Part shown: positions 1-13,133 of the stretch, one piece after another
Position numbering within the stretch: the first letter of the stretch is position 1
Layout of the letters: every line of letters starts with the position of its first letter
DNA from: Batkoa obscura
Taxonomy: Eukaryota
Length of the DNA stretch: 64,000 nt
Reading direction: 5' to 3'
Assembly (NCBI GenBank): GCA_030770535.1
Contig: JASVEC010000013.1
Location: forward strand, 248,001 to 312,000
Made by a program: the position numbers and the translations under genes
The notes under the pieces: generated by a model
The model's database searches: none
Told to the model about the DNA's origin: nothing
Seen by the model: only the letters and a program-made list of their open reading frames with translations

Positions 1-1232
1 ATAAACTTTTTCTACATATAAACCTTATGGTTTACCTTTTTATAAAAGTGAATCCTTTGGAGTGGCTACCTCCTAAAGGAAGACAGTAGTACTTTATTAT
101 ACAAGTCATTAACATTTTTTATCAAATATAGGATTCCAAATTTACTTTTGAAATTTTATATGATTAGTATTTTAAATTGGCTAAATTTTTTATTGCTTAA
201 ATCTGGTCAAATTTGCAGCTTTTTTGCTTTTAATCAATCAAAACAACCCACATCAAAGTCCAAATTTCTCAAAAAATGCCCAACGTCAGTGTGTTAACAT
301 TAGTTTTATTTTAACAAAACTGATAAATAAAGGTTGAGTTCAGATAAAGTTTATTACACATGTTTAGTTTATTTTTATAACTGGTTAGATATAAGATTAA
401 ATAGATGCTTGATTAATATTATTTGGTCTATTTTCCTTGATGAGATATCATTGAGATGATATGGTTTATTTATAAAATTTAATATGTGAAAAAAACAATA
501 TAAGAAGGAAAGGAATATCAGAAAAGGGGGTTCTAATAAACTACTATGGGAATTATAGGGCTCGGATCAATGATAGCAACCTGCCTTTTTGAGACCCTGA
601 ATGTTTAGTCCGATAAAAATATCTAAAAGGTATTTGGTCTATTTTTAAACTTATGACTAAACCACTATTTAAAATTTTCCAACTTATTATTTCTGTTTGT
701 TATTTAAAATGAATAAATCCAATATAAACAACTGATTTTATGCAATAGTAACAAAGTTTCTAATAAAAATTAGACGTTTTTAGTACTTTATTCTTTCACT
801 GATGAACCCACCTTTTAAGGTTACTTGGATTAGTAATATACTAAATTTAAAAAGGCTACCAGTTTTGAAACTCATGAAAATACCTAATATAATTTTCATA
901 AATAACTTACAATTTTCAAAAAAAAGCAGGGTAAAAGTATATAATTACAATAACAAAAATTTTACTGTGTAAATATCGGGCCAAGTGGCCTCCAACTAAA
1001 AAAGACTCAGGATTAAAAAAGTCAGAAACAAAAATTAGTATCATAACCAATAGCCTACCTATCTATTTATCAAAGAGCTATGTATTATTTTAAAAATATC
1101 TAATACACGATCAGCAAAACCCAATAAGTTTGTTAATAGCATTAAATAAAAACTTTTACAAACCATCAACTAATATGATTGATGTATCTTTGTTGTTATC
1201 TTTATCTATGAATAACTCCAAGTAAAGCTTAA

Positions 1233-1335
1233 ATGGGGAAGTATTTTTATGTTTAATAACTTTACTAACAATTTTTCCACTCAAATAGCGCTTAAAACAT
1301 GGAAAAAGTAATGAAGCCAAAAAAAGCACCCCCAA
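1233..1335 (+). mobile_element. MITE family A copy
   Basis: Matches the ~103-bp consensus ATGGGGATGTATTTTT..CCACTCAAATAGCGCTTAAAA..AAAAAACA(T/C)CCCCAT. Confidence 0.85.
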
Positions 1336-1897
1336 ATGTAGGAGATCCTTTTAGTATAATTATATTTTTACTCAAAAGCATTTTAAATGGGTTTCAAATT
1401 TACTAATTAAATAAGTGTTTGATTTTTAAGAAATTGATTTATAGCAAGTACTATTGTGTAAGTGCTTAAGTTTCAATTAGAAATTAATTAAAATGTAGAG
1501 ATAAACTAGATTTATTCAGCTCTACTCCAGGTTTAATGCAGCAATTGTATATTCTTCCTTGGAAAAGTAATGTTCTAATCAAGAGGTTAATAGCCACTTA
1601 CCACAAAGGGTTTAATATTAAAAAATAATAATCAAAGGAATTTAGCTATGGCATAATATATCTCCATGCAAAAATACTATTACAAAAATACTATTATATA
1701 CAATCTATATAAAAAGTATTGTAAGTTTACTAAAAATATATACAATATGATTAAAAACTATTAATCAGTTTAAATAAAATTAATAATAATGTTCAATGAA
1801 AAATGAAAAGTGAAAAAGTTATTTATAGTAGAATATTGCATCATTTACTTTTTTTAAAGTAAATACCCCTTTCATAAATCACAATTTATTGCAACCC

Positions 1898-1948
1898 TGA
1901 TTTAAGGTTGAATAGCTGCGTAACATGATTTGAAGTTGAATAGCTGCG
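1898..1948 (+). repeat. Two-copy direct repeat (TGATTT(A/G)A(G/A)GTTGAATAGCTGCG, period 28) just upstream of the GST TATA-like box
   Basis: 1898-1920 and 1926-1948 match at 21 of 23 positions. Confidence 0.8.
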
Positions 1949-2014
1949 CAAAATAGGCTATATGAAATGATAGTATATAAGCGCTAATCTTTCAAATAAC
2001 TTTTTAAAAAAAAG

Positions 2015-2884
2015 ATGGAGCTATATTTTTTATTTAATAGTGATGAAGAAAATTTGTGTTTCTCGCCTTATGTATGGCGGATACAGATGGCATTAAAACA
2101 TAAGGTAAACATGATTTTTATAAAATATTCTTTTTTTAAACTTTTTTAATAGGGTCTTGATTTTAATGAAGTAAAATTAAACTTTAGACAACTTAATAAG
2201 ACCATTTTGAAATTGACGTAATATTTACAATAATATATTTTTTAAATCTCATTATTTTTAGTGACGGTAAATGGAAGAAAGTTCCAGTCTTAAAGTTTGA
2301 AGATGGATCAGTGCATTATAATAGTAGAGATATTGCAATAGAGCTTGAAAAAAGGTTCCCAGAAAACCCAAAATTATTTCCAAATGGTTCAAAAGTTGCC
2401 GAATTTTTAGAAAAGTACATTGAAGCTAATATTGATATAATTGGTGGGCTATGTATAGCAGCAGAGAGGGACGTCTTAGTAAAGGAAGATCAAGACTTAC
2501 AAAAAGACTTATTTGATATTGGAATACAAATGTTTTCAAGTCCTATAGAAAAACTTTATGCGGATTTTGAAAGGTTGTTAAAACCAATTATCCTTATGTT
2601 AAAGGATACCCCTTTTTTTGAAGGCACAGAACGTAAGTGATGATTATCATTTTAGTACATTTGTTTTTACTATTTCTAATTTAGCTACATATTCTGATTA
2701 CATTGTCTTTTCCTTATTACAATGTCTTAGAGTGCTTACACCTGTACATTTTGAGGTATGTGTTCGAAACGTTGAAGATAAAACGTTGATTAACTGGTTT
2801 GAGAAATTGTGCAACCTTTTTGATGGATACGCTAAAGCATTTCCTATTAACTCAAAACATGGGCCATATGCTTTAAAAAATTAA
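2015..2884 (+). CDS. Glutathione S-transferase-like protein (beta-etherase/LigE/GSTFuA-like), 4 exons: 2015-2104, 2153-2217, 2262-2632, 2685-2884
   Basis: Splicing at GT..AG gives one frame: MELYFLFNSDEENLCFSPYVWRIQMALKHK|GLDF...|...KVPVLKFEDGSVHYNSRDIAIELEKRFP...PFFEGTE|PTYSDYIVF. It contains the SPxxWR, VPVL and N-capping (TYSD) GST motifs. Confidence 0.85.
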
Positions 2885-3386
2885 AGTGTTTTTTTAAATA
2901 TTTATTACCTTAAAGAATTTTATTATTTGAACTTATTATTTTAAAAAACTTTTTAAAGATTGAAAATACTCTGTTAATCTAAGTTAAAAATCAGATTAGT
3001 AAAAATAGAATACAAGCAGAATATTATATTTTATTGTTGCTTTATCTTAATAATTATTTGAAGTATTGTTTTAAACTACTAAATTTGGTTAATTTTGAAC
3101 CATCAGTTGATATTATCAAATTATTGCTTAAAATTATGATTAAGTCATCAAACTAGATTTTTTTTAAAAAGGATTAATGAAAATAATCAAAGCAATCAAA
3201 AATGAAATGGTGAAGTTTTATAAGAAATATAATAATATCTCAATGTATCTCAATATATCTCAATTAGTTCATTAAAAAAGAGCAAAGAACAATAAAATGA
3301 TATAAAAGCAATAAATTTATCGAAAAAAAGCTACTTAAAAAGTTGAGAGTAATATAATTCATTTATTAATATTATCATTCTAAAAT

Positions 3387-4394
3387 ATGGTCAAATACAC
3401 AAGTATTATTTTATTAGCAGTAGCATCTGTTTTATCAACCCCAGTTCATACTTCTTTCAATAAGACAGAAGTTGAAAATGAAAAGCAAACCATTGATACT
3501 AAAAAGCAATATATAGTATTAAACTTTATTAGTTCGTCAAAAGGTCCTACAAATTCAACCTTAAACCAAAATAATAATAACATTGACCAAAATAAAAGTG
3601 TATCTACATCCAAAGGGGAGCAATCAGTTTTAAGTATAAGCCAAATCTCTTCTAGTCCAAATTCTACAAACACAAATTCTTCTTCAACAGTAACAGAAGT
3701 AAATAGTTCAAAGCCTAACGCAAATAACAGCCCCAATTCAAGTAGCATGAATCCAATAGCACAAGCAATCGATATTAATCAATCTACTTCAAACATTCAA
3801 CAATCAAATAACGTCTCTTCGAATCCAGATTCTACAGCGATTAACAATAGTACTCCAAATACAATGATGAGCCAAAATCAAAATTCTAACCCTAATACCA
3901 TATCTACACCTTCCCCAGAAACTGAATCTGATACAAAAGGCAAAGTATATAAATTTAGCACTCCATTTGTTAATATGGAAATTAGTTTTGATCCTCAAAA
4001 CAATCGTGGAATGATAATGTTAGAGCCTATTTCTGAACCTTCATCAACAAATAATTTTGTAAATGAAGCTTCCAGTCCCAATTTTTCTAGTATTGTTGAT
4101 ACTTCGTCAACATCCTCCGAAAATGATAGCACAAATAACTCTCCTATTTCAAATTCAGAAGGTGCTTTATTTTCTCAAAATGGGAATACTATGTTAAGTG
4201 AAGCTGCGGGAGCAGGTGCTAGTATTGGTGCTTCTAAAGGGCCTAATTCAAGTTTATATAGTGGTAACGGATATAATGCAATTTCTGGGCCCAGTGGATC
4301 TATTGTTTATTCAACTAACTATGGGTCTTCTTATGGACAAGCAGAATATAACTCTAATACAAACGCGATGGCTCAATCCTCTTTTAATAACTAA
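3387..4394 (+). CDS. Secreted Ser/Asn/Thr-rich low-complexity protein, 335 aa
   Basis: Intact ORF with hydrophobic N-terminus ending VLSTP, then IDTKK. TATAAAA lies at ~3303. Confidence 0.8.
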   Translation: MVKYTSIILLAVASVLSTPVHTSFNKTEVENEKQTIDTKKQYIVLNFISSSKGPTNSTLNQNNNNIDQNKSVSTSKGEQSVLSISQISSSPNSTNTNSSSTVTEVNSSKPNANNSPNSSSMNPIAQAIDINQSTSNIQQSNNVSSNPDSTAINNSTPNTMMSQNQNSNPNTISTPSPETESDTKGKVYKFSTPFVNMEISFDPQNNRGMIMLEPISEPSSTNNFVNEASSPNFSSIVDTSSTSSENDSTNNSPISNSEGALFSQNGNTMLSEAAGAGASIGASKGPNSSLYSGNGYNAISGPSGSIVYSTNYGSSYGQAEYNSNTNAMAQSSFNN

Positions 4395-4584
4395 ATTGAA
4401 CTATTAAGTTGGATTTCAGAATACAAGTTTAGAATATTGCTAACTCATTTCTATTAATAAATTAAACTATAATATAAAATTTTGGGTTATAATTTTAACT
4501 ATACATAATTAACTGCCACCATTTATCTATCATAAATCAGCTATCAGACTAAAAGTACTAGACAGCTTATTAGAAAAACAAAAT

Positions 4585-5250
4585 TCAATTTGAGGAAGGA
4601 TTAGACATAAAGGTAACATATAACTCTAAGGTAAGGTTAAAATAATATTGTTGAGTATAAGTAAGCTGATACTCTTTGAGGTATATATCAAAACTGTTTA
4701 ATGTTTTAGTAATATGTGTTAAGTAGACTGGATTCTTAGTACAATGCTTTAGTTTTAGCAAGATGTTACTTAAAATTACTAATAAAATTAATAGAGAAAG
4801 ATTATAAACCGAAATGGCTCGGTTTTGTTTTAAAAATTCAATATCGTGGTTATTAATTTTTTGAGAATATTTGACATCTTTGATTTGATCAAATAAGGAC
4901 AATAAATTTATCTCATGTGAGCTAAATGAATAAAGTGGTATGTCCGATTCAATAGCCTCTAGTGGTATATTAGAACTAACGACGTGACTGCAATCAACCA
5001 AGTTATGGTTACGTTCATATGTACTTAAAACTTGCTTATGTATAGTAGGTAATTTAAAGTTATTGGGATTGGGATGATTAATAGGTTTTATGGCATAATT
5101 CGAAGGCAATGTAATATAGAGAGATGGCTTTGTTGAAGTTGGAGAGCAGAAAGGTTGTTCACTTGATCCTTGAAATTCATTTTGGGGTGGAAACGAAAAG
5201 AGATTGGTTTTTACGCTTAAAATATCGCAAGTTTTAAAATTAAAGCTCAT
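4585..5250 (-). CDS. Hypothetical protein, 221 aa; paralog of 22323..23003
   Basis: Intact ORF. C-terminal half aligns with the 22323 protein (EFLKQNR..VYNLSLLILL...HCTKNPVYLTHI vs EYFKQNK..IYNFILLKLL...HVTKSIIYLNHI). Confidence 0.7.
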   Translation of the reverse strand: MSFNFKTCDILSVKTNLFSFPPQNEFQGSSEQPFCSPTSTKPSLYITLPSNYAIKPINHPNPNNFKLPTIHKQVLSTYERNHNLVDCSHVVSSNIPLEAIESDIPLYSFSSHEINLLSLFDQIKDVKYSQKINNHDIEFLKQNRAISVYNLSLLILLVILSNILLKLKHCTKNPVYLTHITKTLNSFDIYLKEYQLTYTQQYYFNLTLELYVTFMSNPSSN

Positions 5251-5785
5251 TCTTATGCTATGGATAAAGTGAAGATTTCTCTTGATTTATATATTGTATC
5301 CTAATAATTAAAACCATTAAATATACCAAAAAACACTTATTTGATAGCTTTATAATAACGTCGAATAAGCTTAGTTCCCTAATATTATCTATTTTATTGG
5401 CATAACCATAAAATCACATTAATCTGGAACAATGGGGAATATAAATAACTTTACTTTTATTACAAATTCAAATAATAAAGTTCGTTTTCTAAAGTAAAGA
5501 ACTTATAAATTATACGTAATTATAAGCCTTACAAAATAATTCATCACCTTACTTTTAAAATCTATTAAAGTCTAGACAAATATATTAAACTAATTTTTAA
5601 AACAATTTATAAACTTACATTATAATTGGAACTACCACATATGACATCTTCATCTAGGTATAGCAAATTTAATAGTTTTTTAATATTATGTTGTTCTCTG
5701 CTTTAAACACCTCCATTTAAATTGCCGGTTTTTATAATGATTATAAATTATGTTATTAATTAAACAATGCCATGCTAATAAATAC

Positions 5786-5883
5786 ATGGGGTGTTTTTGG
5801 TTTCATTACTTTTTCAACTTTTAAGCGTTATTTGAGCGGAAAAATTGTTAGTAAAATTTTTAAACAAAAAAATACGTCCCCAT
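5786..5883 (-). mobile_element. MITE family A copy
   Basis: Reverse-orientation consensus match. Confidence 0.85.
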
Positions 5884-5948
5884 ATGGCAACTACAATTTT
5901 TATTTTGGATATAAATATTTAATATACCTAGTTTAGGTATTAAAAAAT

Positions 5949-6020
5949 AGCATCTTGGCGCAGAGGAAGCGCGCGGGGCTCATAACCCCGAGGTCGAAGG
6001 ATCGAAACCTTCAGATGCTA
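5949..6020 (+). tRNA. tRNA-iMet (CAT), initiator
   Basis: 72-nt cloverleaf: AGCATCT/AGATGCT acceptor with A1-U72, GGGG-CTCATAA-CCCC anticodon arm, and initiator-type T-loop ATCGAAA. Confidence 0.95.
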
Positions 6021-6293
6021 ACGAACTTTTAGTCAATTTTAAAAGCTAATAAATAATCTTTTTTATATATTCTCCCATATATTTGTTTAATTTTCATCCT
6101 ATAGACTTATTTTATAAAACACTTGTATACTCCACATCCTTGATTTAAAAAAGTTATTAGGAGATACTTTTTTTAAGATGGAACTTAACCTTACTTTAGA
6201 AATACCAATATATTAAAAGGTTAGAATAAATATTATTTTCAGAATATTATTTTTGAGTCACCACTTTATATATTGATTATACGTTATTTAATA

Positions 6294-6486
6294 TATGGGA
6301 ATGTTTTTTACCTATTACCCTTTTTTGCTATTTGTTCTATCATACTGGTTTGATGCTTATGTTTTTATTTTAATTTTAAAGTGAACAGTTGGCTAGTATC
6401 CGCCTAAGCTTGAACAGCATACTGGTTAACTAATTTCTAAATTTAGAAATAGCAAAAAGGACAATTGGTAAAAAACATCCCCAATA
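6294..6486. mobile_element. MITE family B, internally deleted copy
   Basis: TGGGAATGTTTTTTACC..CCTTTTTTGCTATTT ... AAATAGCAAAAAGGACAATTGGTAAAAAACATCCCCAATA; homologous to the 35367 copy. Confidence 0.8.
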
Positions 6487-6655
6487 TATTATTTGTTAAC
6501 TAATAGCTACTTCAACTATTAAAAAAATAGATTATTTTTTTATTAATTTCATGATATATTAAAGTAGTACATTGAAAATACTATTGTTTATTTCAAATAT
6601 GATATAATTTTATTTGTAAGTTGTTTACTTTTTTATTGAAATAATCTTTCACAAT

Positions 6656-6812
6656 TTGGGAGTGCTTCTTTGGTTTCATCACTTTTTCCATTCTTTAAGC
6701 ACTACTCGCTATTTGGGGCTGTTTTTTTTGGCTTCATTATTTTTTCCATTTTTTAAGCGCTATTTGAGCGGAAAAACTATTAGTAAAATTCTTAAACAAA
6801 AAACATCCTCAT
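6656..6812 (-). mobile_element. MITE family A: truncated copy (6656-6712) fused to a full copy (6713-6812)
   Basis: The TTGGTTTCATCACTTTTTCCATT segment occurs twice in tandem. Confidence 0.85.
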
Positions 6813-7232
6813 TTGTTATTTTTATTATAATTAAACTTGAAACTATTCAAATCGTTTGTTTTATTTTATTTATTTTTTTCACCTCTTTCTAGAATATAAT
6901 AAAAGCTATAAAATTTAAAAACTAAAAATATTTTTCTGCCTAGTGTATATCATATAGTTAAAATTAATATTCCATAAAACAAATTTTGGATATTTTTATT
7001 TATGATATACAAAAGTAATAATATTAAAACATCATATTTGAAAGTTAATAATAAAATAGCAAAAAAATCTATTTTATTGAAAATTTAAATCCGTTGTATA
7101 AACATATGCGTATGTACACCAAGAAATATTAATCCTTTAGATAACTAACGTTATAATTAACTCAGATAGAAAGTTGATTAAAGCTATTATTTATGAATAT
7201 GTTTTGAGATTGAGTAAATAGCTTAGATAACT

Positions 7233-8493
7233 TTAAGGCCTTAGCTTTATACAGGAGTTTAAAATGCAACTTAAAATGTTATCCATTTCTTTACTGTATA
7301 AACTAATATCAAAGGTTTTTAAATTTAATTTATCCTTCCGTATTTGCGATAAATTAAGTGTTGAATATAAGATAAACGGCCATTGCTTTAATTCCAAAAT
7401 TTCTAATTGCGGGCAACGATGATATATGTAATTTATAAACTTTTCTCCAATTACAAGATTTTCTATACTTAAAGATATAAGATTGGTCTTTTGCCTTGAA
7501 CAAAGTTCATCTAATAAAAATACATAAGATCTTGAATCAACCTTGAGCTTTGACAACTTTAAACTTGTTAATTCCAGAAGATAAAGAATGCTGTTAACAG
7601 TCCTCAAAGTCAACTTGGAACAATTTATTAATTCAAGCACCCTTAACTCAGGGAACAAGAACGGTTCTATAAGATGCCTATTTAAAACTACCGAGTTTAT
7701 TTTAATAAATCTTGCCCTACAAACCCCTTTAAAGTTCAGATTTCGTATACTGGCTAAATTTAATTCAATTAAAGACGGGAAAGAATTGAAATTAATTGTA
7801 ATTCCTTCTTCGAACATTGATAAGTTTAATCTTATGAGGTAAGGAAAACAATAGCTCATAATCAGTTCTCTATCTTTTTCCATTGTAAAGTAACTAATTA
7901 TACCGAGGTGTTTCAATTGGGATATTCTATCGAACAGCGTCTTTGAACATTTCACTCTATTCCTAATGCTGATAAGGGATAATGATGACAATCCTTTTGG
8001 GAATAATTGGACCAATATAGGCAAAACATAATCCTCTATGAAATTTAACAATAAATGCTTTATACTATTACTCAAAACCGTTAGCTTGTCATAAAACTCT
8101 TCCAAGTACTCGTTGTCATCACATCCAATATAAAAAGATATATCATCTGGATAGAACCTTACTTCTTAACTTTTTGAAAGTTATACTCATTAGTTGGATA
8201 TGCTCTCAGGTTCGAACAATACCTTTTAATGAATTTGTGGTTGTTACTTTTTGTACTTAGGTACCTAATTAAATGACCACTCTTCCTTAAATATTTGTTT
8301 TTTTTGCTGAAACATTGCTCTTTGTAAATTTTATAGTTTCTCAGAAACATGGTAGTAATAATTGATACCAACTCCTACACGCGGTTAAAACTTCAATTTT
8401 ACATTTTGACTTTAAATATAGTAATATTTGTTTAAGGATATATTGTGGTAAACAATGGAACTTTAACTGATAGTTATAGTTTGATTCGCACAT
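7233..8493 (-). pseudogene. F-box + leucine-rich-repeat protein, disrupted
   Basis: ATG at 8493 reads MCES...LPQYILKQILLYL...EVLTACRSWYQLLLPCF*ETI, an F-box with TGA at the conserved W. Frameshifts lead into the LRR-like ORFs 8159..8371 and 7233..8105. Confidence 0.75.
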
Positions 8494-9155
8494 GAGTAAA
8501 TTTTAAATACCCTGGATAAAATAGAAATCAACAAAAAGTGATATAAGCATCAATTTTTTAAACTGTTTTTTAAACACTTTCATTTATATACTATCTTCAA
8601 TGGGTTCATTATTTGTTTTTTGTTAGTGGTTCTAATATAACATCTTATTTACCTGCATTCACCTCTTGTATTTTCACTTCAAGATCATTTTTATTGGCTA
8701 TAGTATATTAAATAAATGAACTTTTGAAACAAAAGTAGTTTATAATTGCAATACAGAGCATTAAACTTCAACCATGCTTTAATGTATAAAAAAGAGTTCA
8801 ACTTTTCTAGAATAACATGTATGTGCTTCTTTAAATCAAATATTCTTAAATTATCATTAGGTAAGCTCATCCTATAATAATTTAAAATTAGATTGGTGTA
8901 CTAACAATTGATCAAATTCTTTGACATCATATGTCAAGTAAAAAACTTGACAGTTTTTTAAAAATAAGTTTAAAAATAAAAATAACTACCAAAAATTTAA
9001 GCATGTGGGGATAAAATAGTAGATTTTTAAAGTCTTTCATGGATCAAATCTCACTAAAGATTATTAATTAGAAATATTTACAGTTAATGGAGCTTTAATA
9101 TAATATAACATGTTTATTGGATTTTAAATAACTTTTATTTTAAGCGTTAGTACAA

Positions 9156-9590
9156 TTATTCTTCGGATTCTTGATCTTTTAGCAAAAACTTAATAGACAA
9201 CGGGTTTACTTTTAGTTTATTAGTTGTATTGACCGTACTATTGTCAGTTTCGTTATTACTTGTTGTACTTATATCTTCTTCCACATTAATTAAATTAGCT
9301 TCATTTGTGAATTCTTGTCTAGTTGGCGAAGTTGAGCTATAAGTAGCATACATAGTATTCCATTCAAAATTGAATTGCCGTGTATATTCCCCAGAGGAGT
9401 CCTCTCTTAGTCTCTTCCTCGTCAGACTAAACCACTTCCTTACATGTTTTTCATACAATTTAGCATCCATAGCTATCTGCTTAATGATTTCACTACATGG
9501 CTTCGGGTCGATTTTGAAATAGGATGTTAATACATATTTTTGATACATAGTGATTAGCAAAGCTTCCTTCTCTTTATTTTGCTTGACCAT
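9156..9590 (-). CDS. Small atypical homeodomain protein, 144 aa
   Basis: YQKYVLTSYFKIDPKPCSEIIKQIAMDAKLYEKHVRKWFSLTRKR follows the three-helix homeodomain pattern but lacks Asn51. Confidence 0.75.
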   Translation of the reverse strand: MVKQNKEKEALLITMYQKYVLTSYFKIDPKPCSEIIKQIAMDAKLYEKHVRKWFSLTRKRLREDSSGEYTRQFNFEWNTMYATYSSTSPTRQEFTNEANLINVEEDISTTSNNETDNSTVNTTNKLKVNPLSIKFLLKDQESEE

Positions 9591-10617
9591 AGCTCATGTT
9601 CTTTTGAAATTAAATAAATATCTCCAGTTTATAATCGGATCAAAACTTTAAATACTTTTGAAAACTTCTTTCATATGATTTATTTATAAGCTTCTCTTTT
9701 TGGACTTCTGCCCTATGACCTGTTGAACAATGAATCATCAAATTATTGCTGTTATACAAAGTCACATGCTAAATATTATGACTCAGATCTTTCATATTGT
9801 GTAATATTGCCTTAAAAAAGTGCCATATATGGTATACAACTGTTTGGTAATCTCAGGTTATTACTTGGCTTTGTCTTTCCAATCAGATATTGGGCAAGAA
9901 GGTTCCATTTTATCTATTTGATCTTTATTCTTAAGCTATTTTTGTTTGTAAAATTAAAATTTTAGTCATGGACTTGAATTTTAAAAAAAATTGGTCATGA
10001 AAGTTTTTAATGATTAATATTATCTATATATAAGAATTTTAATTTTACTTCACTATAAAAAATGTGAATACGAGCACTTAAACTTAATACAACGCTAGAA
10101 TGCTTACTTAATATGATAATATCCTTTATATTTTTAATTGTATTTCGAATAATTCATTTTTAGGGTAGTCACATAATATTTTAATTCCAATAAAGAATGG
10201 AAATATTACTTGAGGTGTACAAATTTAAATAACAATAATAATGTTCAATTATAATAAAATAATAACAAAATGAATCATTTAGTCATAGGGCTTATTGGAT
10301 TATAAAAATAACATTGAGATTTACCTTTAAAATATTCAGATGTATATTTATTTATTTTAAAAACGGTTTATAAATAGAATTTCTTTAAACTGTAAAATTA
10401 CCATATATTAGAGCTGAAAAATAATAAAAAAGTATCATGAATAGAGGAAATCAGTACCTAGATAATCGATTAAATATAATAGAAATGATAGAAACATGAA
10501 ACTATATATAACATGTAAATCATTAGCTTTTAATAGTTATATGTGATCATTTTGGTTAAAATAGGTTCAAATTAATAAAGTGTCAGAGTGAAAAAAAAAA
10601 ACTAAAATCTTTGTCAG

Positions 10618-10795
10618 TACAATAATTCCTTTGTAATTCAGTTAATTACTCGTTTAAAAAGTAAATTTATATCAAAATTCTGCTATTGTATTAAAATTCT
10701 GTTATCATATTCAACCAAGCTTCAAAAAAATTGTATAAATAGATCAGCTATAAAAATCACTCTTAAAAGGTCACAAAAGAGTTACAACAGCCGTA
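10618..10795. mobile_element. MITE family C copy (left end degenerate)
   Basis: Right end GGTCACAAAAGAGTTACAACAGCCGTA; interior similar to the 41747 copy. Confidence 0.45.
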
Positions 10796-11054
10796 AAAAG
10801 ATCTTACAGAAAAAAGATTCAAAACTTTGAAAGTATTCATTGAAATGTTATCAGCCTTATGGCTATACTAAACCATAACATTAACTGAAAAATTAAAGTT
10901 ATATGCAAAACCACAAAAAATTTCAAACAGTCTATAATTCTTTAAACAATAATAAATACTCTAAGTTATTCAGGCAGTATCACATTATATGTTATTTGAA
11001 ATAAAGAAATATTTATTAACTATTTTTAAATTTTATACTTTAACAATATTAGGG

Positions 11055-11126
11055 TCTCGGGTAGTATAGTGGTGAGTATCCCCGCCTGTCACGCGGGAGA
11101 CCGGGGTTCAATTCCCCGCTCGAGAG
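11055..11126 (+). tRNA. tRNA-Asp (GTC)
   Basis: 72-nt cloverleaf: TCTCGGG/CTCGAGA acceptor, CCCGC-CTGTCAC-GCGGG anticodon arm, GGTTCAATTCC T-arm, and a downstream T-run terminator. Confidence 0.95.
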
Positions 11127-11323
11127 TAGCATTTTTACAAAAAATTGATAGATTTGATGGATATACTAAAGTATAGCTTAATGATCTGAAGTATGCCAAT
11201 ATTCTTTTTTAGATAAAATGTAATTTGTTGATAAAAAAGCCATTAAAGCAATCAACATTCGAAAAATAAAATATTACACAATTTAATATTAAAGTTTATT
11301 TTATAGTGAAATGAAAAATTAAT

Positions 11324-11424
11324 GTGAGGACGCTTTTTCCTTTAGAGCTTTGTTCATCCCTTTAAGCACTATTTGAGCGGAAAAACTGTTAGTAAAATTC
11401 TTAAACACAAAAATACATCCTCAT
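11324..11424 (-). mobile_element. MITE family A copy (left end degenerate)
   Basis: TTTAAGCACTATTTGAGCGGAAAAA...AATACATCCTCAT. Confidence 0.8.
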
Positions 11425-13133
11425 ATCCTTTAGTGTTAATGAAATAGCAGTAAGACAAAAAGCTTTTAGTTCATACTAAAAATTGATTTTGACATTGTAG
11501 TAATTGTATGCAGTCCTTATTGTAAGGATTTTTTTCTAAATATTAAATAAATAGATATATTTATCCTAAAATGATATTTATACGTTTATTTGTTTAAAAA
11601 TAAAACTACTACTTTCGTTCATTTCTTTACTTGCTTTATATAGATGATACAGTATAAATTTGAGGCTATAAACTACCCATATAACTCATATTTGTGATCC
11701 TATTTGAAATTAGATTATCATATTTAGTAAATAGTAATGTTAATTGAAGATTACTTGAAATGTGGTTCGGTTTTTGATCCGATTTTACACTATGGAGCTG
11801 CATATATACCTATAACATAACAAATATAATTTATTTTAAAAACCTACAACGACAGAATTATAGTTCCTATTGTCTCATTACAACTAAGTAGCAATGAAAT
11901 TTATACATATACTATAAGTAATTAGGTAATTTTAAAATGAATTAAGAGCACTTTGAAATAAGTTATTGCTAATAGCAAGCAATAGTTCAATAGTTTATTG
12001 AATTCACAGCTTTTGTTTAAATCTTGATCACCTGGGATATGATTTAACCTATTTATTATGATTTATGTTTTTACTTTAAACATCTTGCATAGTAACATAA
12101 GTTTTACTACGTTTATGCAGATTGTTTAAATTCATAAGATCAGATTGAGATGATGCTATTTAAATCCTTTATTTTGTTTACTGTTACCTCGTGTAGTATA
12201 ATTCAATAAAAAGACTCCGACTAATATTAATAGACTATTTTTAAAGCTAGTTATTCAACCAAGTTTACTTGTATAATGAAATTTATTATCTGTGTAAAAA
12301 AAGTTCAGAAAGGAATGAACAAAAACAAATATAGGATTATGTTAAAATTCGAAGATTTTAATTTTGCCTAAAAAGAATAGATATTTTATAAGTCATACTT
12401 GAAATAAATAAAATATGACTTCGCATCTCAAACCCCGAATGTTGAATAAAATTGGTAATTCGTAGTGCTTGATAGCATTCTTCAATTAAATTCTTAAATG
12501 ACTTTGTTAATATTTAATGTTGTTATGCCTCACGTGTATTTTAATTACTTTGTATATTTGATTGAACCGAGAATTGTATATTTTAAATATAAATTTATTC
12601 TACAAATCGGATGGTTATCTAATCGAACATTTGCCACATGGATCTTTATCTTATTATTTTTACCACTTGTTAACATCATTTGAATTTTCAACTTTGATAA
12701 TTTGGATCTCTATAACGTATCAGTTATTTTTAGGTTCATTTTTTTATTGATTTCTAATCTCATTAATAATTTTAAGGTGCTTTTTAATCCGACCCCCTTT
12801 AAAGCTTTTTGTTCCCTGGCTTAAACTATGTTTTATTTATTCAACATACCATCAACTATCCATGTATAACTAGGATGAAATAATTATTCATTCTCTAATT
12901 CCTCTGTAATTGTTTTATTTCTTTATTATATAAAAAGATAAATTAAATATTAAACAAGATCATTTGACCTTCAATTTTGGATTAATACATCAATTGTGCC
13001 ACTATTTAGGAAGAAATTCACCGTCAGCTGACAGAAAGAGGAAAAACTGGTTTTAAAATAAAAGAATATATAAACAGATTAATAGTAAAATAAAAATTTA
13101 ACATCATCTTAAAAAGAGTTGGATTATAAAAAA

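Noticed and set aside
6656..6892. ORFs 6656..6892, 25567..25749 and 34731..35009
   Set aside because: They are read-throughs of MITE family A sequence with non-ATG starts.
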